From positions 41,627 through 105,626 of the forward strand of contig JAYKGY010000128.1 in assembly GCA_035285545.1 (NCBI GenBank): a DNA stretch of 64,000 nt, given 5' to 3'. The first letter of the stretch is position 1; every line of letters starts with the position of its first letter. The notes beneath the pieces were generated by a model. It did not search any database, was not told where the DNA came from, and was given only the letters and a program-made list of their open reading frames with translations. Both the position numbers and the translations under genes were made by a program. This document shows, piece after piece, positions 50,214 to 60,872 of this stretch. This stretch comes from Snowella sp. Its GTDB lineage: Bacteria > Cyanobacteriota > Cyanobacteriia > Cyanobacteriales > Microcystaceae.

Positions 50214-51926
50214 TTAAAATCCTAAATCCGCTTTAGCCTGTTCTGCGGCTACTAATACCTTATCATCTGGCATTTCTGACCACTCTGTCACCCCAATCTC
50301 CTGATAAAACTGTTGGTCATAGGCGCGAGTTTTAACCACAACGGGCATAGGAACCGCATGGCCTAAAATTAGGGCCTGTTGCTTGGAATCTAATTTTGCT
50401 AAGACAGACCGCAAATTTTGCCCGCCCGAAACCCCTGTAAAAATTGCCTCAATATCCTTTTCATCGTTGAGTAAGCAGGTAATACGGGTTCCAATCTGGG
50501 ACATCACTTCATTATCTATCCCCGACGGACGCTGATCGACCACTAACAAAGTGACAAAATATTTCCGCATTTCCCGCGCGATCGTCCCAAAAATGGTTTG
50601 ATGGACAATGCTGGAATCCAGAAAACGGTGAGCTTCTTCGATGGTAATCACCAATTGACGAGGACGGTCTAGGGGATTTTTGGTTTGGAGAAATTTATCG
50701 GCTTTTTTGACGTAGGTGGCATGAATTCGGCGGCTAATCATATTGGTTGCCAACATGTAAGAGAGCAAGTTTGATTGGGAACCAAATTCAATAACAACGT
50801 GTTTACCCGCTTCGATACATTCGAGAACTTGATCAATATAGTTATGGCGACAAGCGGATTTGAGATATTTCAAATTGTCTAACCGCAGTAATTTCCGTTG
50901 TAGCGACATAATCGATCCCGCATGACCCTGTTTTTCTTCACAGAAAACTTTGATATCTTCATTGGTCATATTTAACAGTTGGCTAATCCAGCTTTTGCCA
51001 TATTCGGAATGCAAAATATTGGCATTATCTAAGGCGGCTTCGGAAATGCCTAATTCATAACCCACTAAACGAATATCTTCAATTTCAATTTGTTCGTAAC
51101 TTAAGTACAATTCATGGGCATTGCTCACGCCTCGCCGTTTGGTGGATTCGGCATCGAGGGTAAAAATTTCCACCTGTCCAGGAAAAAGTTGACGCAATCC
51201 TTTGACAGTAGACACTTCTTTGCCTTCCCGCATCGCTTCCCAACCGTATTCCGAGTGCATGTCAAACATGAGGTTAACAGCAGCTTGTTTGCGAATAATG
51301 CCCGAAATCAATAGACGGGTTAAAAAGGATTTTCCAGTTCCCGATTTCCCAAACACGCCATTACTGCGTTCCACAAAGCGATCCAGATCCAGACAAATAG
51401 GCACGTCCATATCTAAGGGCTGACCGACGGAAAAATTGCGGCGATGGGGATCGTCTTCCCAACCAAAGACCATCCGAAAATCCCGTTCGCTGGCATCAAA
51501 CACCTGGCTAAAGTGGGCAGGAATGGTTTTAACGGGTAATAATTCTAGGGGTTCACTGCTCTGGGCTTCCAGGCTGCCGAGTCCGTTGCCATTCTGGTTG
51601 AAGGTTTCTGAATATCCTTTTTTTCCATCTTCAACAGGGGTAAACATCAACATGGGAGCGAGTTCAATGGTTCCGTAGGTTCCGCTTCCTGCTAGGACTT
51701 CCCGCATTAAGGTATCTTCCAAACTCGGCGGATTGGCTAGGATTCGAGGGTTAGAAGTTCCCAAGGCCACATCGGTTAACAGGCAAAAAAAGCGCGATCG
51801 CGTCCCTTGAATGACCAGAAATTTCCCCACCCGCATATCTTCAACGGAAACATCGGGAAGCAAACGAATTTCTAAACCTTTAGTAAGGGAACCCTGAATA
51901 ACCGAGCCGAGGGGAGTTTCTTTCAT
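50214..51926 (-). CDS. HerA-like ATPase (HAS barrel + DUF87)
   Basis: GKSGTGKS Walker A, FDMHSEY, IEEAH Walker B, AREMRK, QRPS. Confidence 0.85.
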   Translation of the reverse strand: MKETPLGSVIQGSLTKGLEIRLLPDVSVEDMRVGKFLVIQGTRSRFFCLLTDVALGTSNPRILANPPSLEDTLMREVLAGSGTYGTIELAPMLMFTPVEDGKKGYSETFNQNGNGLGSLEAQSSEPLELLPVKTIPAHFSQVFDASERDFRMVFGWEDDPHRRNFSVGQPLDMDVPICLDLDRFVERSNGVFGKSGTGKSFLTRLLISGIIRKQAAVNLMFDMHSEYGWEAMREGKEVSTVKGLRQLFPGQVEIFTLDAESTKRRGVSNAHELYLSYEQIEIEDIRLVGYELGISEAALDNANILHSEYGKSWISQLLNMTNEDIKVFCEEKQGHAGSIMSLQRKLLRLDNLKYLKSACRHNYIDQVLECIEAGKHVVIEFGSQSNLLSYMLATNMISRRIHATYVKKADKFLQTKNPLDRPRQLVITIEEAHRFLDSSIVHQTIFGTIAREMRKYFVTLLVVDQRPSGIDNEVMSQIGTRITCLLNDEKDIEAIFTGVSGGQNLRSVLAKLDSKQQALILGHAVPMPVVVKTRAYDQQFYQEIGVTEWSEMPDDKVLVAAEQAKADLGF

Positions 51927-52194
51927 AAAGAATTAAGCACTGACCTTGTAGTTAACTATATCGAGAATTGTTGAGTTTTCGCTAAAATCAAAACGAGTTA
52001 TTCTGATGGTTAACTCAAATTGATGAAAATTAATTTTGTGTTTGTTTAATGGCGATCGCTGATTTAATCAAGTTTAGAGAACAAAACCCCCATTATTTTA
52101 TTGCCTCAATTTAAAATTCCAAAGGGCTTTAACCCAAAAGGTTAAGCATTAGGAGAAAATAGCAAATAGATTATCCTTTCCCAACGAGTCATCT

Positions 52195-52785
52195 ATGAGT
52201 AGAGATCGAGATATGCGAGAGTCCGAATCGGGGCTTGCTTCCCCTGTCCCCCCCGCGGTTAAGCGTGCTGCCACTAAACTGAATACGGTCGGTTATCTGG
52301 GGTTTTGGATTCAGATTGTCGTTGGAGCCTTTGCGGTTGTTACCTTTCTCTTTGCCAGTATGGGATTAACCTTTGGGCAGGAGCGCACCAGTGGGATTGA
52401 AGCGGGGATCATCTCTGCCTTTATTTCCATTGTTCTGTTAGGCGGCGGTATTTATTTTTCGATTCGTTATCAACGTATTGGGAATCAGCTACAACGGGTC
52501 GATGCGGCTAATCATCCTCGCAAAGCGGATATTTTAAAGTTTATTCGCTGGGGAATTATGGTGAATTTGGCGGGAATGGGCATGGCTATTATTGGGGCTT
52601 CGGCCATTGGCGGCATTGTATTAATTAAATCTCTGAGCATTCCCCAGGGAACTTTGGCGGCAAATCCTAAACAATTTGTGCAATCCATTGATTTATTAGC
52701 GATCCAAGCCAATACCAATACGATTGTTGCCCATTTTACAGGTTTAGTTTCTTCTCTCTGGCTCTTAGACCGCCTCGATAAATAA
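52195..52785 (+). CDS. DUF3611 family membrane protein
   Basis: GFWIQIVVG...QANTNTIVAHFTGL. Confidence 0.82.
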   Translation: MSRDRDMRESESGLASPVPPAVKRAATKLNTVGYLGFWIQIVVGAFAVVTFLFASMGLTFGQERTSGIEAGIISAFISIVLLGGGIYFSIRYQRIGNQLQRVDAANHPRKADILKFIRWGIMVNLAGMGMAIIGASAIGGIVLIKSLSIPQGTLAANPKQFVQSIDLLAIQANTNTIVAHFTGLVSSLWLLDRLDK

Positions 52786-53123
52786 TGCAGCGTACTCGAT
52801 TAAATACTCTCATTGAACGAACGGGAACGGAGTTAACCCAGTTTTTTCGGAATCCTTGGCGGCGGATTTCGCTGATCCTATTGGGTTTGCTTTTTGGTTT
52901 TTTTGTGGGGGCTGCCATTTCGACTACCGCAGGCCAGGATGCCCAATGGGATGTGGTCGGAGCGGCTTTAATTTTGCTATTCACCGAGTTGATTAGTCGT
53001 TTTGTTTATGGTCAACGGGTCAGTCCTGGTAGTCAGCGATCGCTCTTAGTTGAAGTCTTAAATTGTTTCAAGTTGGGTGTGATTTATAGTTTATTCTTAG
53101 AAGCGTTCAAACTCGGTTCCTAA
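52785..53123 (+). CDS. ycf20: DUF565 / Ycf20-like protein
   Basis: MQRTRL...NPWRR...LFLEAFKLGS. Confidence 0.85.
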   Translation: MQRTRLNTLIERTGTELTQFFRNPWRRISLILLGLLFGFFVGAAISTTAGQDAQWDVVGAALILLFTELISRFVYGQRVSPGSQRSLLVEVLNCFKLGVIYSLFLEAFKLGS

Positions 53124-53425
53124 CAGCGATCGCCCGTGTCTAGAGCCTCATCTTGTCTTCTTTCGCGATCGCCGAAGATACTTAATATCTACCGTATATT
53201 TACGGATGTTTTGTTTTTGAAAGATGTCTAGAATCTTTTTTAAAGTTTTCTTAAAGTATAATCGGTTACACTTTATAACTTCATTCCCCTTTAAGCTGAA
53301 CTGTCTTGTAAAAGACTTCTAGCATTTGCTCCCTAGAATCCTGATAAATTGCCTTTATTTTAAATATTCGTCTATTAATTTCCAATCGGCCCTAGCTATT
53401 TCCTAATAGCTATTGACTTGCAGCA

Positions 53426-53635
53426 ATGAATAAACCACCCGCCTTTGCGCTTAATACCTATGTCAACTTTAATGGAATTCAAATTAGAGTAGTCAAACGC
53501 TATTTAGATGTCGATACCAACAATTATTGGTATAAGTTAAGCCTAATCTCAGAATTACAGCCCGAAGAGGTCATTAAGTTGCACCAAGAATATACCCTAA
53601 ACTCAACAAAATCCCACTCACAAAATGGAGTTTAA
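53426..53635 (+). CDS. Small hypothetical protein
   Basis: 69 aa with ATG start in an otherwise empty gap; last 62 bp overlap the menA 3' end. Confidence 0.4.
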   Translation: MNKPPAFALNTYVNFNGIQIRVVKRYLDVDTNNYWYKLSLISELQPEEVIKLHQEYTLNSTKSHSQNGV

Positions 53636-54482
53636 TCGCGACAAATTTACTCCTACTAATTTGGGTCGGCTGATCATGATAGTTCCGCACATAATTAATT
53701 AGCTGAATCGCGAACGGAAGACTCAAAAAAACTAAACCGCTAGATAGGGGAGCCATGTTTAATCCGATAAAAATAGCCGTTAAAGCATACAAACTCAGGG
53801 TGGCATAGGCTAGGACGTTGGCTCCTCTGGCTGTCCCTAACCGCACAATCGGCGATCGCTTCCCTGCCGCTAGATCATCTTCAACTTGATGAAAATGGGA
53901 GCAAAATAAAACTAACGAGGTGCTAATACCAACTAACACGGATGGGGCAATAACGGCATTATTAAAAGCTTGGGTCTGGGAATAATAAACCGCCGCGATC
54001 GCCAACGGGCCAAAGGTAATAAAGCAAATCAATTCCCCTAATCCTTGATAACCCAAACGAAACGGTGGCCCTTGATAGCTATAACCCAATACACAAGCCA
54101 GACCAACAATGGCTAAAACCGTTATATCCTGCTGTAACCAACTAATCAAAAAAATCCCTAATAACCCTAATCCTAAAAAGCCATTACTAATCCAATAAAT
54201 TAGCCTTTTATTTCCCGTTAAGTTCACCACTGAATGGGCTTTGTTTTTATCAATTCCCGTATCCGCATCAAACACATCATTGCTTAAATTTAGCCAAGCA
54301 ACAATCGTAATCGCAGACAGAAAAAAGATGCTAAAAATCCAAAAGTTTACCTGATGGGATTGGGCAAAAGCGACTGCGGTTCCCACACAAATCGGGATGA
54401 CTGCCACGCTATACATCGGAGGCTTAATGGCTGCAAACCATAATTGTTTTTGAGTAGGGGCAAGGGAATGGGTTGTTGTCAT
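53574..54482 (-). CDS. menA: DHNA phytyltransferase
   Basis: AIKPPMYSVA, NDVFDADTGID, HQVEDD...GKRS. Confidence 0.93.
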   Translation of the reverse strand: MTTTHSLAPTQKQLWFAAIKPPMYSVAVIPICVGTAVAFAQSHQVNFWIFSIFFLSAITIVAWLNLSNDVFDADTGIDKNKAHSVVNLTGNKRLIYWISNGFLGLGLLGIFLISWLQQDITVLAIVGLACVLGYSYQGPPFRLGYQGLGELICFITFGPLAIAAVYYSQTQAFNNAVIAPSVLVGISTSLVLFCSHFHQVEDDLAAGKRSPIVRLGTARGANVLAYATLSLYALTAIFIGLNMAPLSSGLVFLSLPFAIQLINYVRNYHDQPTQISRSKFVAIKLHFVSGILLSLGYILGAT

Positions 54483-54740
54483 CCGTATCAAACAAAGAAA
54501 AGTAACAAAATGGAGCTATAGAACATGGGCATCGGTCGTTTGTCTCGAATTGACTGACGGGGATGCCGCTTTTAGATAGGATAGGTAAGGAGTGTCTCTA
54601 CTTAACTGCGTGTTGGGGAGAGACGTTGCCCCGACGCTTGACTACCGAGAGGAATCATAGGGTCAGGAAATCCGGATCAGTAATATTAAGACATACCATT
54701 GAATGTCTCACTTTATTAAAAATTTATAAATAACTTTACG

Positions 54741-56174
54741 ATGTCGGTTACTGTACCAGTCATCCCCAACCTACCGAATCTCCTCGATAATCCGTCAGAA
54801 ATTTATCGTTTTTTATTGACGTGTCAAGAAAATTTTGTCAAAGATTTCCCTCAAATTATTAGTATTTCCCAATCGATTGATGCCCTTGATCCCCTAATAC
54901 TTTTAGCAACCCTTAATTTAGAAAATTCTGTTCATTTTTATTGGGAAAATTGCCGTAATGCAGAAGCAATGATCAGTTACGGTATTGCTAAATCGATTGA
55001 AATTAATCAGGGCGATCGCTTTGCCCAATCTCAAGCGTTTATTCAAGACTGTTTTCAATCTTTAATTGCGATTGGTGAACCCATTACTTCCCTTTTTGCC
55101 CCAAGAATTTTATCGGGCTTTAGTTTTTTTGATAAAAATCATCCCCATTCCCCCTTTCCCTCAGCTTTTTTATTTTTACCGCAAATCCAAATTTTAAAAA
55201 AACACAATCAATTTTGTTTAATTGTAAATTTTCTTTTAGATAAAACGGTGAATTTAACGCTGTTAACTCAACAGATTGGCCAACAGCTTCAACTCCTTAA
55301 AAAAGCGCAACGTAACGAACTGATTTATCCTGTCTTACGCGATCGCTGTGCGTTAAATTTACAAATTCATCCCCTGGTGAATCTTCAAGATTCTGTAACC
55401 ACAATTTTAAAACTCATTGAATCGAATCATTTAAGTAAGTTAGTCATTGCCCAAGCCTTGGACATTCTGTCAACGGAAGATTTTTCAATCCTTAATTGTT
55501 TACAGCACTTACGGCAAAATTATGCTGATTGTTATGTTTTTTCTCTAAGTAACGGACGAGGAAATTGTTTTCTGGGAGCCAGCCCGGAACGGTTAATTAG
55601 TATTCAAAATCAGCAGTTGATTACCGATGCCCTAGCGGGGTCAGCCCCTAGAGGTTCAACGAAGCAAGAAGATAGTCTATTGGCGAACAATTTACTCCAA
55701 AGCGAAAAAGAACGGCGTGAACACCAAGCGGTACTGGAATATATTATGCAGCAGTTACAGGAATTAGGACTCAGCCCCCAGCGATCGCCCCTTAAGTTAC
55801 TGAAATTATCCAATATCCAGCACCTCTGGACACCGATTTATGCCCAACTAAAGCCCAATATTCATCCCCTCGAAATTATTGCCAGGCTCCATCCCACGCC
55901 TGCGGTTGCGGGTGTTCCGGCCCAGGTTGCCTGTGCTGCTATTCAAGAGTTTGAAAATTTTGACCGCTCTCTCTATGCGGCTCCCTTGGGATGGGTCGAT
56001 TATCACGGCAATAGTGAATTTATCGTGGGAATCCGTTCCGCCCTCATTCGCAAAAATCAAGCGCGGCTCTACGCAGGGGCCGGGATCGTAGCTGGTTCCG
56101 ATCCGGTTAAAGAATTGGCGGAAATTGAGCTTAAATTACAAGCCCTTTTAAACGCTTTAAACGCTGAGTCTTAA
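54741..56174 (+). CDS. menF: Isochorismate synthase
   Basis: GASPERL, ALAGS, KERREH, LHPTPAV, AGAGIVAGS. Confidence 0.93.
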   Translation: MSVTVPVIPNLPNLLDNPSEIYRFLLTCQENFVKDFPQIISISQSIDALDPLILLATLNLENSVHFYWENCRNAEAMISYGIAKSIEINQGDRFAQSQAFIQDCFQSLIAIGEPITSLFAPRILSGFSFFDKNHPHSPFPSAFLFLPQIQILKKHNQFCLIVNFLLDKTVNLTLLTQQIGQQLQLLKKAQRNELIYPVLRDRCALNLQIHPLVNLQDSVTTILKLIESNHLSKLVIAQALDILSTEDFSILNCLQHLRQNYADCYVFSLSNGRGNCFLGASPERLISIQNQQLITDALAGSAPRGSTKQEDSLLANNLLQSEKERREHQAVLEYIMQQLQELGLSPQRSPLKLLKLSNIQHLWTPIYAQLKPNIHPLEIIARLHPTPAVAGVPAQVACAAIQEFENFDRSLYAAPLGWVDYHGNSEFIVGIRSALIRKNQARLYAGAGIVAGSDPVKELAEIELKLQALLNALNAES

Positions 56175-56210
56175 GACCATCAAAAGGGCACGTTTTAAAT
56201 AACTAATCTC

Positions 56211-58832
56211 TTAACCAATGGGGTTGTGTTTTTCAATTTGCGCGATCGCTCGGCTGACACTTTCGGGGAAAATTACCACTAATCCGCCTGGCTCAACCTG
56301 ACTCAATGCCGTTTCCAAGGCCTCGGTTTCATTGAGAATAATCTCATGGGAAATTTGAGGATTGACTTGCATCACGCCTTTGAGAATCATGTCAGCGGCC
56401 GATCCAGGCTCCCGTCCTCGTTTATCATCATCTTCTTTGATAATGAGTCGATCAAAAACCCTGGCTCCGATTTCCCCTAATTGGATTAAGTCCTCATCAC
56501 GGCGATCGCCCGGCCCTCCAATCACCCCTAACCGTTGCCCTTTCCAATTGGTCACAAAGGCTCCAACGGCCTCATAGCCTGCTGGATTGTGGGCATAATC
56601 TACCAGGGCATGATGATTACCCAAATTAAAGAGGTTCATCCGCCCAGGGGTTTGCTCTGCCGAGAGTTGGAATGTCCGTAAGCCCTGTCGAATGAGTTCA
56701 ATATCAACCCCATTGACGAAAGCCGCTAGGGAAGCCGCCAACGCATTGGCAATCATAAAAGGAGCCATCCCGCCCATCGTCACAGGAATATTGGTCGCCT
56801 GTTCGATTCGTAGTGTCCATTTTCCTTCCAAAATTGATAGATAACCATCTTCATAGACGGCCGCTAAACCCTCTCGCCGCATTTGGTTTTGAATAATGGG
56901 GTTATCGGGATTCATGGAAAAATAAGCAACTTTCGCTTTGACCTTATCCGCCATTGCCGCGACTAAAGGATCATCTGCATTGAGGACAGCGTAACCCTGG
57001 GGATCGGCAATTTCAGCTACGACGGATTTAACCTGAGCCATTTGTTCAATATTGTTGATATCCCCTAAGCCCAAATGATCCGCCGCGACGTTTAAAACAA
57101 CTCCGACATCACAGTTATCAAAGGCGATCCCAGAGCGTAAAATCCCGCCTCGTGCGGTTTCTAGAATAGCCACTTCTACCGTCGGATCTCGTAGAATTAC
57201 ACCTGCACTGTAGGGGCCCGTATTATCCCCTTTTTCCACTAAAAACTCATTGATATAGATCGCGTCAGTGGTGGTATAGCCAACGGTTTTACCCGTCTGC
57301 CGATAAATATGCGCGAGTAGGCGTGTGGTAGTCGTTTTTCCGTTGGTTCCTGTAACCGCCAAGATGGGGATACGAGAAGGCGTTCCTGGGGGAAACAGCA
57401 TATCCAAAACCGGAGCCGCGACATTTCGGGGTAAACCTCGACTAGGGGCAACGTGCATCCGAAACCCTGGGGCCGCATTGACTTCTACAATTACGCCATC
57501 CACGTCTCGTAACGGTTTTGTAATATCGAGGGCAACGACATCAATCCCCGCAATATCTAAGCCGATAATTTTAGCAACCCGTTCCATTAACCAGATATTC
57601 TCCGGGTGGATATCATCAGTCCGGTCAACGGCAATACCCCCTGTACTTAAGTTTGCAGTTGCCCGTAGATAGGCGATTTTTCCGGTTTCCAAAACGCTAT
57701 CGAGTTTATAGCCTTGACGGTTGAGGACATCGAGGGAAGTTTTATCAATGGTAATTTTCGTTAAAACGTTGTCATGACCATCGCCGCGATTGGGGTCTTC
57801 GTTGGTGATTTTAATCAGTTCTTCAACGGTATGTTGGCCATCCCCAATCACATGGGCAGGAATTCGTTCGGCAACAGCAACTAATTTCCCGTTAATGACT
57901 AAGATGCGGTGATCGCTGCCTTTGTAATACCGTTCCACGATAATGGCACGGCTTTTAGACTCTTTATTCGCTAAATCATAGGCTTCAACGGCGTGTTCCC
58001 AATCGTTAATATCAATGGTGATCCCCCGGCCATGATTGCCATCGAGAGGTTTTATAACAATGGGATAGCCCCCCACATCAGCGATCGCGTCTGAGAGTTC
58101 ATCAAAATAGCGAATGGTTGTGCCTCTAGGAACGGGAATTCCTGAATCTCGCAAGATGGTTTTCGTGCCTTCTTTATCGCAGGCAAGTTCAACGCCTAAA
58201 ATGCCTGAATGGGAACTGAGGGTAGCTTGAATGCGCTGCTGATGAACCCCATAGCCTAATTGCACCATCGAGCGGGCATTGAGTAACATCCAGGGAATTT
58301 TACGGGCATCGGCTTCGGTGACAATGGTTTCTGTGCTAGGGCCCAGGGCGGAACTGGCATAGAGATCTTTAAGATCTAACAAATCCCGTTCTAATTCTTC
58401 TTTAGGATAGGTTCCAGTATCGACAATGGATTGGCATAATCTGACCGCTGCCCGTCCAGCATAGCGTCCTGCTTGCTCGTCAACGTACTCATAGACGACG
58501 TTATAAACCCCTGGGGTGGAGGTTTCACGGGTACGCCCAAACCCTGCGGTCATACCAACCAACTCTTGCAGTTCTAGGGCGACGTGCTCAATAATGTGCC
58601 CCATGTAGGTTCCTTCCTGAACCCGTTCTAAAAAACCGCCTCGATGGCCAGGAGAACAAAAGTGTTCAATTAAGCTGGGTAAAACTTCTACTAAGCCTTG
58701 ATAAAATCCAGGAATTTCATTTGATGGCTTCTCTGCCAAATCCTCTAGATCAAGACGCATGACAATCAATTTTTTACGTCGAATGCTCCAATAATTGGGG
58801 CCACGTAGTGTGAGGGTTTTCAGAATTTTCAT
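56211..58832 (-). CDS. cphA: Cyanophycin synthetase
   Basis: MKILKTLTLRGPNYWS, ATP-grasp plus Mur-ligase (GTNGKTTT); ATG 58832. Confidence 0.97.
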   Translation of the reverse strand: MKILKTLTLRGPNYWSIRRKKLIVMRLDLEDLAEKPSNEIPGFYQGLVEVLPSLIEHFCSPGHRGGFLERVQEGTYMGHIIEHVALELQELVGMTAGFGRTRETSTPGVYNVVYEYVDEQAGRYAGRAAVRLCQSIVDTGTYPKEELERDLLDLKDLYASSALGPSTETIVTEADARKIPWMLLNARSMVQLGYGVHQQRIQATLSSHSGILGVELACDKEGTKTILRDSGIPVPRGTTIRYFDELSDAIADVGGYPIVIKPLDGNHGRGITIDINDWEHAVEAYDLANKESKSRAIIVERYYKGSDHRILVINGKLVAVAERIPAHVIGDGQHTVEELIKITNEDPNRGDGHDNVLTKITIDKTSLDVLNRQGYKLDSVLETGKIAYLRATANLSTGGIAVDRTDDIHPENIWLMERVAKIIGLDIAGIDVVALDITKPLRDVDGVIVEVNAAPGFRMHVAPSRGLPRNVAAPVLDMLFPPGTPSRIPILAVTGTNGKTTTTRLLAHIYRQTGKTVGYTTTDAIYINEFLVEKGDNTGPYSAGVILRDPTVEVAILETARGGILRSGIAFDNCDVGVVLNVAADHLGLGDINNIEQMAQVKSVVAEIADPQGYAVLNADDPLVAAMADKVKAKVAYFSMNPDNPIIQNQMRREGLAAVYEDGYLSILEGKWTLRIEQATNIPVTMGGMAPFMIANALAASLAAFVNGVDIELIRQGLRTFQLSAEQTPGRMNLFNLGNHHALVDYAHNPAGYEAVGAFVTNWKGQRLGVIGGPGDRRDEDLIQLGEIGARVFDRLIIKEDDDKRGREPGSAADMILKGVMQVNPQISHEIILNETEALETALSQVEPGGLVVIFPESVSRAIAQIEKHNPIG

Positions 58833-58949
58833 GATTGCTGTTGTTAATTCAGATCCGCATTGAGAAGCACATTTAGGCAATCGTCATTGTCTAGCGTCCT
58901 GGAGACACTAAACTGTTCACGGTGAACAAATTTCTCTGTTATGTGAATT

Positions 58950-59813
58950 TTAAGCCAGTTTACTGTTATTCTTCGCGATCGCCTTATGTTGACGAAGATT
59001 GTACTGATCCCCGTGGGAAAGAATATGAAGACGGAGGTTGTGTAAGCTCAACGGCGCGTTGGGAGCGACATCGGTTGCATTGGTATAGGTCAATTCCCTC
59101 GCATCAACAATGGTCACCGTTCCCTGGCCAATGACTTGAATAAGGCCATCCTGCTCAAAGAGGGCACAGGTATCTTCATCAATCCCGATCGCTAACCGTT
59201 CTGTATGGCCAGCAAAAGCACTCAATAAACGGGCCATGCGATTACGATTGTGAAAATGCTGATCCACAATGATTTCAGGGAAAATGCCTAACCCCATTGC
59301 CATATCAACGAGGGCGCGATTGGGCCATTCCCCACTACTGCCCCCCGCAATCATGTGGTGTCCCATGACGGCAGCCCCCGCACTGGTTCCGGCGAGGCTA
59401 ATTTCGCCTTTTTTCACCCGTTCCCGAATGCGATTCATTAAGGGGGTATCTGCCAGCAGTCCACAGAGTCTCAATTGATCGCCACCCGTTAGAAACACTC
59501 CGGTGCATTCTTCCACAACGGCTCGATAGTCCGGATCGTTTCCTTGATCGCGATCGCGGATATCCAAAACACTGATGGATTTTGCTCCCATTTCTTCAAA
59601 AATCGTTTGATATCGCTGCCCAATCAGGACAGGTTCCCGTGATGCGGAAGGAATAATCGCAATAACCGCTTTATTACCGCCTGCTCTTGCCCAAAAGGTG
59701 TGCAGAATTTCACGGCCATGAACTTTATCTTCAGCACCGCCAATAATCAAAACAGCCGTTTTGGTGGATGAAGGCATGGGATTTTCAGGAAATTGGGTCT
59801 CGACTTGCAACAT
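58950..59813 (-). CDS. cphB: Cyanophycinase
   Basis: IIGGAEDK, TGGDQ, GTSAGA, DQHF; start 59813 (or 59777). Confidence 0.96.
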   Translation of the reverse strand: MLQVETQFPENPMPSSTKTAVLIIGGAEDKVHGREILHTFWARAGGNKAVIAIIPSASREPVLIGQRYQTIFEEMGAKSISVLDIRDRDQGNDPDYRAVVEECTGVFLTGGDQLRLCGLLADTPLMNRIRERVKKGEISLAGTSAGAAVMGHHMIAGGSSGEWPNRALVDMAMGLGIFPEIIVDQHFHNRNRMARLLSAFAGHTERLAIGIDEDTCALFEQDGLIQVIGQGTVTIVDARELTYTNATDVAPNAPLSLHNLRLHILSHGDQYNLRQHKAIAKNNSKLA

Positions 59814-60103
59814 TATAGATAGGATCGGGAATGAGACTAATGATAGGAACGCTAGGAGTTCAACAAGCAATACTAACCACTCGGACAAACGAGCATAAAA
59901 AATACCTGCTAGTATGCAGATAAACAATAACTCATAGACCAAACTACGATTGGTTTATTATTGCATGATACCCTTGAGGTAAGATCAATATTGACATTTC
60001 TTGCAAAGAGAAATTGTCTAAAATCTATCATTTTCAAGGCCTTAAATCGCACTACGAAACAACAAAAATACCATTACCGCCCTTAATTCGTCAATAATCT
60101 CCT

Positions 60104-60796
60104 GTGCAGATCGACATCATTACGCTTTTTCCTGACTTTTTTGCCTCTCCTCTCCAATCGGGTTTACTGGGAAAGGCGTTGGCTAAGGCGATCGCGTCGG
60201 TTAACTTAATCAATCCTAGAGATTTTACAACCGATAAACATCATCGGGTGGATGATATCCCCTACGGTGGCGGTGTGGGCATGGTCTTAAAACCCGAACC
60301 CATTTTTGCGGCAGTCGAATCTTTAACCCTATTAAGCAAACGGGAAATTATTTTACTCACGCCCCAAGGAGAACCCCTGAGCCAGCCCCTCTTGCAAGAG
60401 TTGGTCACCTATGACCAGTTAGTGCTGGTTTGTGGCCATTATGAAGGCATAGATGAACGGGTCAGCCACTTGATCACACGAGAGGTCTCTTTAGGGGATT
60501 TTGTCTTAACCTGCGGTGAAATTCCAGCTTTAGCTTTAGTGAACGGTGTCGTGCGTTTATTGCCTGGAACGGTCGGCAAAGAAGAGTCATTAAAGTTAGA
60601 AAGTTTTGAAACCGAATTGTTGGATTATCCCCATTACACCCGTCCTCCGGTGTTTCGCGATTGGGAAGTTCCTGCTGTTTTACGCTCTGGTAATCATCAA
60701 GCGATCGCGCAATGGCGAGAAGACCAACAAAAGAAAAGAACGCAACAAAGAAGACCCGATTTATGGGAAAAATGGTTAAATTCTCAGAACCCTTAA
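60104..60796 (+). CDS. trmD: tRNA (guanine37-N1)-methyltransferase
   Basis: VDDIPYGGG, CGHYEGIDER, SLGDFVL. Confidence 0.97.
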   Translation: MQIDIITLFPDFFASPLQSGLLGKALAKAIASVNLINPRDFTTDKHHRVDDIPYGGGVGMVLKPEPIFAAVESLTLLSKREIILLTPQGEPLSQPLLQELVTYDQLVLVCGHYEGIDERVSHLITREVSLGDFVLTCGEIPALALVNGVVRLLPGTVGKEESLKLESFETELLDYPHYTRPPVFRDWEVPAVLRSGNHQAIAQWREDQQKKRTQQRRPDLWEKWLNSQNP

Positions 60797-60825
60797 TAGG
60801 CTGCTTCTGAAAACAAAATCTCAAT

Positions 60826-60858
60826 AAAAAATTCCCCCTAATGACTTTTAGAGGGAAT
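60826..60858 (-). terminator. Rho-independent terminator of clpB
   Basis: ATTCCCCCTAA / TTAGAGGGAAT stem with an adjacent A-run (U-tract on the minus strand). Confidence 0.6.
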
Positions 60859-60872
60859 CCAACAATACTGGA

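Noticed and set aside
59912..59925. Possible NtcA site GTA-N8-AAC upstream of cphB
   Set aside because: Does not match GTA-N8-TAC; expected by chance.
59814..59942. Hydrophobic N-terminal extension of CphB (likewise extensions of CphA, PrfA and the 7248-7955 ORF)
   Set aside because: Artefacts of longest-ORF calling from TTG/GTG; the conserved sequence begins at downstream ATGs.
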